DNA from: Spirochaetia bacterium
Lineage (GTDB): Bacteria > Spirochaetota > Spirochaetia > SZUA-6 > Bin103
NCBI GenBank assembly: GCA_965208575.1
Contig: CBDBOV010000004.1
Span: 1,280,001 to 1,344,000, forward strand
Direction of reading: 5' to 3'
DNA length: 64,000 nt
The notes beneath the pieces are model-generated. The model was not told the DNA's origin. It did not search any database and saw nothing but the letters and a program-made list of their open reading frames with translations. A program made the translations under genes and the position numbers. This document shows, one piece after another, positions 40,812 to 50,125 of this stretch (its first letter is position 1; every line of letters starts with the position of its first letter).

Positions 40812-41079
40812 AGCGCTGGTATTCAAGTGGCCCGGCTACTCGCGCGACGCCGCCGGAACGGAGGCCGATCGCTTGCTTGGAGTCCGTTAGCTCGCTATTC
40901 TATGCAACACGAAAGCGCGTTAGGGCGAGTTGGAGGTATGTCGATGAGTAGCCCCCAACCGAGCAGTGCGTCTCGGCGCCGAGATACAGTTCCACGTTGG
41001 TAACGAGGAATGGGGGCCCGGGCAAGCCTGCGCCAGCCGCCGCCGAGGCGGACGGCTGGCACACGACTCAGGACAAGCT

Positions 41080-41982
41080 TCAGGCCGAGTTGGCGAAGGC
41101 CTCCAGATGTTGGCTTCGGGAGGGGTGGCGCAGGCGGCGCAGGGCCTTCTTCTCGATCTGTCGGATGCGCTCCTTGGTGAGCGAGTAGCGCGAGCCGATC
41201 TCCTTCAGCGACAGCGGCTGCTTGCCGTTGAGGCCGAAGCGGCGCACGATGATGTCCGCTTCCTTCTCGGTGAGGGTGGCCAGCACCTTGTTGATCTGGT
41301 CCTTCAGCGCGCTGTCGTAGGCTTGGTCCTCGGGCGACTGGTACTCGGTGTCGGCCACGAAGTCGCCGATGCTGGAGGCGTCGCGGTCGGTCCCCACCGG
41401 GCTGTCGAGCGACACCAGGTCACGCGAGATGCTGACCAGCGACTCGACGTGCGCCGGGGCCATGTCCACTTCCTTCGCCACCGAGGCGAGGTTGGGCTCC
41501 GCGGAACGGTCGCCCTGCAACTGCTTGCGGGCCTTCTCGATCTGCACCAGCTCGTTGGCGCGGTTCAGCGGCAGGCGGATCATGCGCGACTTCTCGCACA
41601 CCGCCTTGAGGATCGCCTGGCGGATCCACCACACCGCGTAGGAAATGAAGTGGTATCCCTTGGTAACGTCGAAGCGCTCGACGGCGTTCATCAGGCCGAT
41701 GTTGCCCTCGCTGATCAGGTCGATCAGCGGCAGGCCCTGGTTCTGGTACTTCTTGGCGACGTTGACCACGAAGCGCAGGTTGGCCCGTACCAGGTGTTCC
41801 TTGGCGGCTTCATCGCCGTCGCGGGCACGGGTGGCCAGGTCGACTTCCTGCTCGCGGGTGAGCAGCGGTATCCGGTTGATGTCGCGCAGGTACAACGACA
41901 GCACGCTGTCGTCGCCACTGTCCGTGGTGGAGCGCTGCCGGGTGACGGACTTACGCGCACTGGTAGATTTCCTCTGAGGCAT
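41080..41982 (-). CDS. Group-2 (RpoS-like) sigma70-family factor lacking region 1.1
   Basis: LYLRDI, ANLRFVVNVAKKY, DLISEGNIGL, FISYAVWWIRQ, ERIRQIEKKALRRLRH. Confidence 0.92.
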   Translation of the reverse strand: MPQRKSTSARKSVTRQRSTTDSGDDSVLSLYLRDINRIPLLTREQEVDLATRARDGDEAAKEHLVRANLRFVVNVAKKYQNQGLPLIDLISEGNIGLMNAVERFDVTKGYHFISYAVWWIRQAILKAVCEKSRMIRLPLNRANELVQIEKARKQLQGDRSAEPNLASVAKEVDMAPAHVESLVSISRDLVSLDSPVGTDRDASSIGDFVADTEYQSPEDQAYDSALKDQINKVLATLTEKEADIIVRRFGLNGKQPLSLKEIGSRYSLTKERIRQIEKKALRRLRHPSRSQHLEAFANSA

Positions 41983-42015
41983 AGTTCTTTTCTCTTCCTG
42001 TTTCGGAAGTCGTTA

Positions 42016-42031
42016 AGCAATTTCCATGCCA
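42016..42031 (-). promoter_or_regulatory. Sigma54 (-24/-12) promoter of the sigma factor gene
   Basis: TGGCATG-GAAA-TTGCT against consensus TGGCACG-N4-TTGCW, 33 nt before the ATG; AT-rich tract upstream. Confidence 0.85.
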
Positions 42032-42136
42032 ACATTCACCGGCCGCTCCGGTGCCACCTATTTATTTACTATATAAAATCTTAACGAATGACGACAGCAG
42101 CCTGCTCAGGTCACCGTGTCTTGTGCGGTGGGTAAC

Positions 42137-42178
42137 AATGACACAGTTGGCAGGCACCTGTCAGCGAACTGTGTCATT
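42137..42178. promoter_or_regulatory. Inverted repeat, candidate enhancer-binding-protein site
   Basis: AATGACACAGTT-N18-AACTGTGTCATT, 105-147 bp upstream of the -24 box; no U-tract on either strand. Confidence 0.45.
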
Positions 42179-42239
42179 CTGATCCAGTACCGGTGCGCCC
42201 GCCGGGGAGAATGCGCCCAAAGTACGCCATGACAACGCC

Positions 42240-42938
42240 TCAGGAGCCGATGGCGACCTCTTCACTGGCCGGAACGCGTCCACAACAGAGCGCGTATGGC
42301 AATGCGCTGCCACACACGCAGGGATCGGCCGCCGACGGACGGCGCCCGCGCACGAAGTCCACGGCGATGGTGTTGCCGGGCGGCTCGCTTGGCAGGCGCA
42401 ACAGCGGGAACGGTATCCGCATGTTCATGAACAGTTCGCGCCGCTGCTCGGTGCTCAGACCCTCCAGCACGCCGCGACGCAGCAACTCGGTGAAATGGCC
42501 CCACAACAGGTCGCGCAGCATGTCCGATTCGGCGGGGCCAAGCGGCAGCCGTCCGCCGACGACGACGTAGCGGGAGAGTTGCAGCGAATGGAATGCCCGC
42601 CAGTCGTCCAGAATCCGGTGGTGCTGGCGCGGCATGCCGTAGTCGTTGCTGCAGCGGCGAATGAGGCGCGCCAGCCGCGCCTGCTTGCGGGTCCGCTGCG
42701 CATCCACCCAGCAACGCAGCGCGGCATCGCGGCGGCCCAGGCGCGCACAGGCGAACCCCAGCGCGCGAAGCGCGGCCGCCAGTTCCGAGCGCGCGTCGGC
42801 GGGACACTCGGCCACGGCGGCGGTGAGCAGTTGCAGGGCCTTGCGGTTGCGGTGACGCCGCAGAGCGCGCCTCCCGTTGCGGAACTGTTGCCGCGACAAC
42901 TGTCGCCGCCTCGGCGCCGTCCGGCGTGGCTCTCCCAC
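42240..42938 (-). CDS. TPR-like protein with a C-terminal SEC-C metal-binding motif
   Basis: Helical N-terminus; DPCVCGSALPYALCCGR. Confidence 0.75.
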   Translation of the reverse strand: MGEPRRTAPRRRQLSRQQFRNGRRALRRHRNRKALQLLTAAVAECPADARSELAAALRALGFACARLGRRDAALRCWVDAQRTRKQARLARLIRRCSNDYGMPRQHHRILDDWRAFHSLQLSRYVVVGGRLPLGPAESDMLRDLLWGHFTELLRRGVLEGLSTEQRRELFMNMRIPFPLLRLPSEPPGNTIAVDFVRGRRPSAADPCVCGSALPYALCCGRVPASEEVAIGS

Positions 42939-43005
42939 GCCCCGAAGATACCTAGCTCATCGTCCGCAGGCTACCGCGACCGGCCCCGGCGCGGCGCGGT
43001 TTCGG

Positions 43006-43035
43006 TTGACGCCAATTTCGCCGCGTCCTTATATT
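43006..43035 (+). promoter_or_regulatory. Sigma70-type promoter of groES
   Basis: TTGACG-18 nt-TATATT; AGGAGG RBS. Confidence 0.55.
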
Positions 43036-43093
43036 GCGCGCGAGCCTTACACATCAAATCAACTTCATTTATTGCTCACAGGAGGGTATAGCC

Positions 43094-43357
43094 ATGACCA
43101 TCAAGCCTCTCGGTGATCGCGTACTGGTCAAGGTCGAAGAAGCGGACCAGAAGACGGCCGGCGGTATCTACATTCCGGATACGGCGCAGGAAAAGACCCA
43201 GAACGGGGTCGTTCTGGCGATCGGCGACGACGAGGAGATCACCGTCAAGGTCGACGACAAGATCATCTACGACAAGTACGCGGGCACCACGGTCAAGGTG
43301 GGCGACGAGGAGCAGTTGATCCTCAAGGCCGCGGACATCCTGGCGGTGTTCAGCTAG
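43094..43357 (+). CDS. groES: Co-chaperonin GroES (monocistronic)
   Basis: IKPLGDRVLV, KTAGGIYIPDTAQEK, KYAGT, DILAV. Confidence 0.96.
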   Translation: MTIKPLGDRVLVKVEEADQKTAGGIYIPDTAQEKTQNGVVLAIGDDEEITVKVDDKIIYDKYAGTTVKVGDEEQLILKAADILAVFS

Positions 43358-43393
43358 AGCCCGCTCCCCGTCAAGAAGCTCGTCTTCTTCAAG

Positions 43394-43421
43394 AAGCCCG
43401 TCAATGCGACGGGCTTTTTTT
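43394..43421 (+). terminator. Rho-independent terminator after groES
   Basis: AGCCCGTC-AATGC-GACGGGC followed by T7. Confidence 0.85.
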
Positions 43422-45986
43422 CTGCCCGCCCGACTCGTCCGCTGCCGTCCCCTCGAACCCGAGGAACTCGCGCACCCGGTCCACCAGTTCCGCCCCCGGC
43501 GCGGTTTCCAGGCGTACGTCCGGCAGCGAGCGCAGAAACGCCGCCCCGTAGCTCTTGCGTGCCAGCCGCACGTCGAGGAACAGCACCACGCCGCGGTCGT
43601 CGTGCCGCCGGATCAGGCGGCCGAACCCCTGCCGCACGCGCATCACGGCGCGCGGCAGCGTGAGCGCCAGGAACGGGTCGGCGCCGCTCTGCGCCACCCG
43701 CGCCATCTGTGCCGCGGCCACCGGGTGGCTCGGAACCGAGAACGGCAGGCGGCAGATCACCACCAGGCTGAGCGCTTCGCCCGGCGCGTCGATGCCCTCC
43801 CAGAACGAATCGGTTGCCAGCAGCACGCTCGCGGTGTCGCCGCGGAACCGGTCCAGCAGGCGGTGGCGGTCGTCGTCGCCCTGGCGCAGGACGGTGATGC
43901 CGGCGGCCGCCAGCGGTTCCTGGAGCTGGCGAAACGAACGGTCCAGCATCGCGTACGAGGTGAACAGCACCAACGCCCGCCCGCGGCTGGCGCGCAGCAC
44001 CGCGACCAGGTAGCGGCCGAGCCACGCCTGGTGTTCGGCGGCGGTGGGCTCCGGGGCATCGATCGGGATGCCGGCCAGCGCCTGCTCCCGGTACGCGAAC
44101 GGCGACGGATACTGCTCGGTGAATACCGGCCGCGAGGTGACCTCGGCCAGCCCCACCCGCCCGCACCAGAACCCGAAGTCGCCGGCAACGGTCAGCGTCG
44201 CCGAGGTCAGCACCACGCTCGGATAGCGGTCGAAAATCGCCGCCCGCATCAGCGGCGCCACCTCCACCGGTGTCACCACGAGCCGCGCCGCCGCCGTGCC
44301 GTCGCGGCGGCGGAAACCCTCCACCCAGCGCACGGCGTTGCCCGCCAGTTGGCCATCCGCGCGTGCCGGCACGCTGCCCAGGCGCTCGCACAGCCCGGCG
44401 GCGGCGCGCATGCGGCGCGCCTGAATACGCAGTTCCACCGCATCGGCGTCATCGCGGTCCGCCGGCTCGGCGGCATCCAGCGCCGCCGACACCGCACCGG
44501 CGAGGCTCGCCAGCGTTGCCCCGGTCGCCTCCAGCGTTTCCACCAGGCCGCGGTCGCCCGGCACGTCCAACACCGCCGCCGGTTCGCCGACGAGCTGGCG
44601 CGCGGCGGCGCGCTCCAGCCGGCCGGCCAGGCGGCGCAACTGTTCCACCTGCGCCACTACCGCGCCCAGATCTCGGCCGGCGCCGATGAACCAGTCAGCG
44701 CGGCGCGGCACCAGCCCGTGTTGCCCGCCGAGTCGTCCGCCACGGCTGCCGCCGAGTCGTCCGCCACGGCTGCCGCCGTGGCGGGCGCTGACCAGCCGGC
44801 CGGCAAGTCGTTCCAGCCCGGTGCGCGCGAGCCGCTGCGAAAAGAACGAGGCGGCGTTGCTCTCGATGGCGTGCGCTTCGTCGAACACGATGCGCCGGAA
44901 CCCCGGCAGCACGGCCGCGCTGGCCAGGGCTTCGCGCCCGCCGCCGCCCGCCAGGCGGATCGCCAGGTCGGCGAACAGCAGGTGGTGGTTCACCACCAGC
45001 AGGCGTGCCGCCGCCGCCTCGCGGCGGGCGCGCAGCACGAAGCACGCCTCCCGGTCGGGGCAGCGCAGCGCGTTGCAGGCATCGCCCTCCGAACACACCA
45101 AGTCCCAGGTGGCGCCGGCGGTCGCAAACGGCAGGTCGCTGCGGCTGCCGGTGGGGCTGGCCAGCGACCACTCGTAGATGGCGCGCACCTCGGCGGCGGC
45201 GTGTGGGTCGAGCGCACCCTCCGCGATGGCCGCGGGCAGGCCCTGCGCGTCGGCATGCACCTCGCGCAGGCGGCGCAGACACAGGTAGTTGCCGCGCCCC
45301 TTGACCAGGCAGCTCTTCACGTCGGTGCCGAGCATGCGCTGCACCAGGGGCAGATCCTGCGCCATGAGCTGCTGCTGCAGGTTGATGGTGGCCGTGGACA
45401 CCACCACCCGCTCGTCGTTGGCGTCCGCCCACGCCACCGCCGGTACCAGGTAGGCGAGCGACTTGCCGATGCCGGTGCCCGCCTCGGCCGCCACGATCAC
45501 CTCGTCGTTGAACGCGTCGCATGCCGCCTGCAGGAGCGAGACCTGGCCCGCCCGCTGCTCGAACCCCGGGTGCAGCCGGTGCAGGGCGCCGCCCGCGCGC
45601 AGCGTGGCGGCCAGCGCGCGCGTGTCGAGCGGCCTGCGCTCGCGGCGCGGCGCCGGTTCGGCGACCACGTAGATGCGCGACACCGCATTGTCGACGATGC
45701 AGAACCCCTTGCCCTGGTCGCCCACCCAGCCGGCGACGGCGAGGTCCGCCTCGCTCGGCTGCAGCAGTCCCGAGGGATGGTTGTGAATCAGCAGGTCGGC
45801 GCCGTCGACGTAGGGGGCGAGTACCGGCACTTCGCGGTCGTTGCCGCGCGCGGCGATGGTCACGCTGCGCACCAGGCCGCCGGTATCGCAGTTGCCGACG
45901 CAGAACACCTCGCGGCCATCCGCCTCCGCGATGGCGTCGCGCAGCGTGCCGGCCGCCGCCGGCGTAAACCAGGCGCCGATCTCCAT
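43401..45986 (-). CDS. DinG/YoaA-family helicase with an N-terminal JAB (RadC-like) domain
   Basis: E...IHNHPSG..QPSEAD JAB motif; EAGTGIGKS, KGRGNYLC, FeS cysteines, DEAH, FWEGID, QGFGRLIR. Confidence 0.9.
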   Translation of the reverse strand: MEIGAWFTPAAAGTLRDAIAEADGREVFCVGNCDTGGLVRSVTIAARGNDREVPVLAPYVDGADLLIHNHPSGLLQPSEADLAVAGWVGDQGKGFCIVDNAVSRIYVVAEPAPRRERRPLDTRALAATLRAGGALHRLHPGFEQRAGQVSLLQAACDAFNDEVIVAAEAGTGIGKSLAYLVPAVAWADANDERVVVSTATINLQQQLMAQDLPLVQRMLGTDVKSCLVKGRGNYLCLRRLREVHADAQGLPAAIAEGALDPHAAAEVRAIYEWSLASPTGSRSDLPFATAGATWDLVCSEGDACNALRCPDREACFVLRARREAAAARLLVVNHHLLFADLAIRLAGGGGREALASAAVLPGFRRIVFDEAHAIESNAASFFSQRLARTGLERLAGRLVSARHGGSRGGRLGGSRGGRLGGQHGLVPRRADWFIGAGRDLGAVVAQVEQLRRLAGRLERAAARQLVGEPAAVLDVPGDRGLVETLEATGATLASLAGAVSAALDAAEPADRDDADAVELRIQARRMRAAAGLCERLGSVPARADGQLAGNAVRWVEGFRRRDGTAAARLVVTPVEVAPLMRAAIFDRYPSVVLTSATLTVAGDFGFWCGRVGLAEVTSRPVFTEQYPSPFAYREQALAGIPIDAPEPTAAEHQAWLGRYLVAVLRASRGRALVLFTSYAMLDRSFRQLQEPLAAAGITVLRQGDDDRHRLLDRFRGDTASVLLATDSFWEGIDAPGEALSLVVICRLPFSVPSHPVAAAQMARVAQSGADPFLALTLPRAVMRVRQGFGRLIRRHDDRGVVLFLDVRLARKSYGAAFLRSLPDVRLETAPGAELVDRVREFLGFEGTAADESGGQKKSPSH

Positions 45987-46168
45987 CGGGCGCCGGTCGC
46001 CGCTCCTTCTCATCCGTCCTGGCTCCTGGCGCGCATCGGGTGCTGGCACTCTATGGCGTGCGCTGGCCATAGACAAGCTCCTACAGAGCGTGGACACACG
46101 GCCGCGCGGACGCACCGGTGTTGACCCGGACGGCGCCGGCATAGTACTCATAGCGCTACATCACAGGA

Positions 46169-46338
46169 TCAGTAGAGGAGCGGCCTCCAGGAGTAGGCCC
46201 GGCGGATGGTTGGATGCTAGGTCGCCGGGAGCGCCGAAAGGGGCGGGCCGCCGAAGCGGATGGCCGCCAACCCGGCCGTCGCTGGTTGCCGGGGCTAAAT
46301 CCCCGGGACTGTCACCCGCTGCGGGTGGAGCGCTCTGA
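46169..46338 (+). ncRNA. Lysine riboswitch (L-box)
   Basis: AGAGGAGC...AGTA...GAAAGGG...GCCGAA...CTGG...GACTGTC...GGAGCGCT in canonical order, with P1 TCAG/CTGA, upstream of lysine biosynthesis genes. Confidence 0.92.
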
Positions 46339-46419
46339 GGCCTGTCTCCGGTGTGGCGAGCCCGCCGCGCCTCCCGCCCGCAGCGAACGCACCCACGATC
46401 CGAAAGCGAGGTGCTCAAG

Positions 46420-47538
46420 ATGGCACGTATTCCGGTTGCCGTGGTCGGCGCCACCGGCATGGTGGGACAACGCATAATCGCCATGCTCGACGGTCATCCC
46501 CAATTCGAACTGCGCGAGGTCGCCTCCTCGGCACGCACCGCGGGCAAGCGATACGGCTCCGCCGCCACCTGGCGCGTGCCGGCGGCGATGCCGGACGGAG
46601 TGGGCGGCATGAGGCTCAAGGAAGGCGGCAGCCGGCTCGACAGCGGCGTCGTTTTTTCCGCCATGCCGGGCGGGCCGGCGACCGCCATCGAGCGCGCCTA
46701 CGCCGCCGCCGGCAAGGTCGTGGTGAGCAACTCCAGCAGCTACCGGATGGACCCCCGTGTGCCGCTGGTGATTCCGGAGGTCAACGCCGATCACCTGCAA
46801 CTGGTGCGCAGCCAGGGAACGCCGGGCGGGATCGTCACCAACTGCAACTGCGCCGCCATGTTTCTGACCATGGTGCTGGCCCCGCTGCACCGCCGCTACG
46901 GCGTCGAGGCGGTGCAGGTCACCACCATGCAGGCGGTGTCCGGCGCCGGCTATCCCGGTGTCGCCAGCCTCGACATCCTCGGCAACGTGTTTCCGCTGCC
47001 GGGCGAAGAGGAAAAGATCGAACGCGAGACCCAGAAGATGCTCGGCTCCGTGGCCGGCGGCGTGGTCACCCCGGCGTCGTTCCCGGTGAGCGCGCAGTGC
47101 CAGCGGGTGCCGGTCGAGGACGGCCACACCGAGACCGTGTCGGTGCGCCTGTCCGGCAACCCGGATGCCGGCGACGTCGCGGCCGCGCTGCGCGACTTCC
47201 GCGCCATGCCGCAGGTACAGGGGCTGTACAGTGCCCCGCCGCGCCCCATCGAGGTGTTCGAACAGGAGGACCGCCCGCAGCCGCGGCTGGATGCCAACCG
47301 GCACGGCGGCATGGCCGCATCGGTGGGCCGCATCCGCGCCTGCCCGGTGTTCACGGTGAAGATGCTCGTGCTCGGGCACAACCTGATGCGCGGCGCCGCC
47401 GCGGCCGCCATGCTGAACGCCGAGGCGATGCTGGCCATGGACCTGCTGCCTCCGCGGCCGGCGGCGGCCACGACATCCCATGCGGAGGCCACGGAGGCCG
47501 GCGTCGGGGCCGCCATGCAGGTGCCGGCGAACGCATGA
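46420..47538 (+). CDS. asd: Aspartate-semialdehyde dehydrogenase
   Basis: VGATGMVGQR, PEVNADHL, TNCNC, QAVSGAGYPG, GHNLMRGAA. Confidence 0.95.
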   Translation: MARIPVAVVGATGMVGQRIIAMLDGHPQFELREVASSARTAGKRYGSAATWRVPAAMPDGVGGMRLKEGGSRLDSGVVFSAMPGGPATAIERAYAAAGKVVVSNSSSYRMDPRVPLVIPEVNADHLQLVRSQGTPGGIVTNCNCAAMFLTMVLAPLHRRYGVEAVQVTTMQAVSGAGYPGVASLDILGNVFPLPGEEEKIERETQKMLGSVAGGVVTPASFPVSAQCQRVPVEDGHTETVSVRLSGNPDAGDVAAALRDFRAMPQVQGLYSAPPRPIEVFEQEDRPQPRLDANRHGGMAASVGRIRACPVFTVKMLVLGHNLMRGAAAAAMLNAEAMLAMDLLPPRPAAATTSHAEATEAGVGAAMQVPANA

Positions 47539-48884
47539 CCGTGATGAAGTTCGGAGGCTCCTCGCTGGCAACGGCGGAGCTTCTGGACCACGCCATCGGG
47601 ATCGCCGCCGGCGCGCTGGCGGACGGCGTCGTGCTGGTGGCTTCCGCCATGGGCGACACCACCGACCGGCTGCAACAGATCGCCAGCCTTGCCGGGGAGG
47701 GCGAGCGGGACGCCGCCGGCCAGGAGGTCGCGCGCCTGGAACGGGAGCACCGCCGGACTGCCCGTGAGTTGCTGGGGGGCACCGCCGCCGGCGCCACCGC
47801 GGAGGACCAGCTCGGCGAGCTGTTCGGCGAGTTGCGCGCCATCGTGACCGGCATGGGGCTGCTGCGCCAGTGGACGCCGCGCAGCAACGACGCCGTGCTT
47901 GGCTTCGGGGAGCGCGCGGTCACCGTGCTGCTGGCCGCACGCGCGCGGAAGCGCGGCATCGACGCCCGCCTGCTCGACAGCCGTGAGCTCATCGTGAGCG
48001 ACGACCGGTTCATGCAGGCCAAAGTCCGCCAGCCGGAGACCGCCGAGCGCATCCGCCGCCGCGGCCGGCCCGCAGCCGGGCAGATGCTGGTCGCGCAGGG
48101 CTTCATCGCCGCCACCGGGGATGGCATCGACACCACCCTCGGGCGCGGCGGCTCCGACTATACGGCCACCCTGTTCGGTGCCGCCCTCGGGGCAACCGAG
48201 GTGACGATCTGGACCGACGTTACCGGCATCATGAGCAGCGACCCCCGCCTGGTGCCGGCGGCGCGCACGCAGCCGTGTATCAGTTACCGGGAGGCGGCCG
48301 AGATGGCCTACTTCGGCGCCCGCGTCATTCACCCCGCCACCATTCAGCCGGCGGTACGGGGCGGCGTCCCGGTTTCGGTACGGAACTCGTGCGAGCCGGA
48401 GGAGGCGGGCACGCGTATCGCAGCCGACGCCGCACCCGGCGTCAAGGCGATCGCCTGCAAGCGCGGCATCACCCTGATCAACGTCACCTCGTCGCGGATG
48501 CTGCTGGCGTACGGATTCCTGCGCCGCATCTTCGAGATCTTCGAACATCACCGCACGCCGGTGGACCTGGTCGCCACCTCCGAGGTGTCGGTATCGATGA
48601 CCATCGACGACGCCGCCCACCTGGATGCCATCGCCGCCGATCTCGCCGAAGTCGGCGCGGTCAACATCGACCGCGACGCCAGCCTGGTGTCGATCGTGGG
48701 CCAGGACCTGTGGGCGCAGCCCGGCTTTCTCGGCACCGCCGTCAGCGCGCTCGACGGAGTGCCGCTGAAGATGATGTGCCTGGGGTCCTCCGACATCAAC
48801 CTTTCGCTGGTGGTGGCCGATGCCGCCACCGAGACCGCGGTGCGGTCCTTGCACCGCCGCTTTTTCGAGGCCTCACCATGCTGA
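47535..48884 (+). CDS. lysC: Aspartate kinase
   Basis: MKFGGSS, TLGRGGSDYT, WTDVTGI, ACT domains (TSEVSVS). Confidence 0.95.
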   Translation: MTVMKFGGSSLATAELLDHAIGIAAGALADGVVLVASAMGDTTDRLQQIASLAGEGERDAAGQEVARLEREHRRTARELLGGTAAGATAEDQLGELFGELRAIVTGMGLLRQWTPRSNDAVLGFGERAVTVLLAARARKRGIDARLLDSRELIVSDDRFMQAKVRQPETAERIRRRGRPAAGQMLVAQGFIAATGDGIDTTLGRGGSDYTATLFGAALGATEVTIWTDVTGIMSSDPRLVPAARTQPCISYREAAEMAYFGARVIHPATIQPAVRGGVPVSVRNSCEPEEAGTRIAADAAPGVKAIACKRGITLINVTSSRMLLAYGFLRRIFEIFEHHRTPVDLVATSEVSVSMTIDDAAHLDAIAADLAEVGAVNIDRDASLVSIVGQDLWAQPGFLGTAVSALDGVPLKMMCLGSSDINLSLVVADAATETAVRSLHRRFFEASPC

Positions 48885-50125
48885 ACCTGGGCGGCGTTTC
48901 CGCCGCATCGCTGGCGGAACGCTACGGCACGCCGCTGTACGTATACGAGGCGGGCCGCATTCGGGACGCGTACGCGACCCTGCAGCGCGCCTTCGACGTG
49001 CCTGACCTGCGCATTCACTTCGCCACCAAGGCGAATTCCAACCCCTGGATCCTGCGCATCCTGGCGCACGCCGGCGCCTGGGCGGATGTCGTTTCGCCGG
49101 GAGAAATCCTCATGGCGCGCACCGCCGGCTTCCCGGCGCGGCGCCTGCTGTACAACGGCAACTCCGCCTCCGACGCCGAGCTGCGCGAGGCGGTCGAGCA
49201 GCGCGTGCGCATCAACGTGGAGTCGCTGTCGCAACTGCGCCGCCTCGGCACGGTGGCGCCGGGAGTGGCGGTCAGCATCCGCTTCAACATCTACGTCGGC
49301 GGCGGCCACCACTCGCACGTGATCACCGGCGGCCCGGAGAGCAAGTTCGGCATCGACTGGGAGCTGGCGGACGAGGCGCGCGCGCTCGCCGGGCAGGGCC
49401 GGCTGCGCATCGCCGGCGTACACTGCCACATCGGCTCCGGAGTGCTGCAGGCGGAGCGGTTCGTGGAGGCGGTGACCAACCTGCTCACGGTGGCGCGCCG
49501 CTTCCCGGACCTGGAGACGGTGAACTTCGGCGGCGGCATCGGTATCCCCTACCGGCGCGGCGACCGGGAGCTGGCCGTCGACCGCCTCGGCGCGCTGCTG
49601 ACCGCGGAGTACGACCGATTCTGCGCCGCCTACGGCGCCCGGCCCGCCCTGTGCCTGGAGCCGGGGCGGTTCCTGGTGGCACGCTCGGGCACCCTGCTGT
49701 GCCGGGTGACGGCGGTGAACCAGGCGCGCAAGTACCTGTTCGCCGGCACCGACAGCGGCTTCAACCACCTGGTCCGGCCGGCCATGTACGGCTCCTACCA
49801 CCACGTGGAGCCGGTCGAGCCGCGCTCCGGGGAGCCGCGCGAGACGGTGCTGACCGGCAACATCTGCGAATCGGGAGACGTGTTCACGCGTGACGAAGAG
49901 GGCATCGTGCCGCGCGCCCTTGCGCCGCTCGAGGAGGGCGACCTGGTAGCGATCCGGGACACCGGCGCGTACGGCTTTGCCATGGCCTCGCGCTACAATT
50001 CGTTCCCCCTGCCGGCCGAGGTGCTGGTCGAGGACGGCGCCGACACCCTGATCCGGCGCCGCGACACGCTGCCGCAACTGCTCGACAACATCCCCGGCCT
50101 GCCGGATGAAGATGGAGAACGATGA
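48878..50125 (+). CDS. lysA: Diaminopimelate decarboxylase
   Basis: YGTPLYVY, FATKAN, HCHIGS, GGGIG, EPGRFLV, GNICESGD. Confidence 0.95.
   Translation: MLNLGGVSAASLAERYGTPLYVYEAGRIRDAYATLQRAFDVPDLRIHFATKANSNPWILRILAHAGAWADVVSPGEILMARTAGFPARRLLYNGNSASDAELREAVEQRVRINVESLSQLRRLGTVAPGVAVSIRFNIYVGGGHHSHVITGGPESKFGIDWELADEARALAGQGRLRIAGVHCHIGSGVLQAERFVEAVTNLLTVARRFPDLETVNFGGGIGIPYRRGDRELAVDRLGALLTAEYDRFCAAYGARPALCLEPGRFLVARSGTLLCRVTAVNQARKYLFAGTDSGFNHLVRPAMYGSYHHVEPVEPRSGEPRETVLTGNICESGDVFTRDEEGIVPRALAPLEEGDLVAIRDTGAYGFAMASRYNSFPLPAEVLVEDGADTLIRRRDTLPQLLDNIPGLPDEDGER

Larger units (their letters stand above)
33621..40835 (+). repeat. Tandem array of six roughly 1.0-1.4 kb units (promoter + Uma2-like gene + downstream arm)
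   Basis: Six near-identical paralogues, each preceded by CTGGAATGATCGGTCGA...TA(T/C)CCT. Confidence 0.95.

Noticed and set aside
33621-40835. Diversity-generating retroelement or integron explanation for the array
   Set aside because: No reverse transcriptase or tyrosine integrase in the window; differences are block-like rather than adenine-specific; no attC-type sites recognised.
42960-43093. CIRCE element before groES
   Set aside because: TTAGCACTC-N9-GAGTGCTAA is not present.
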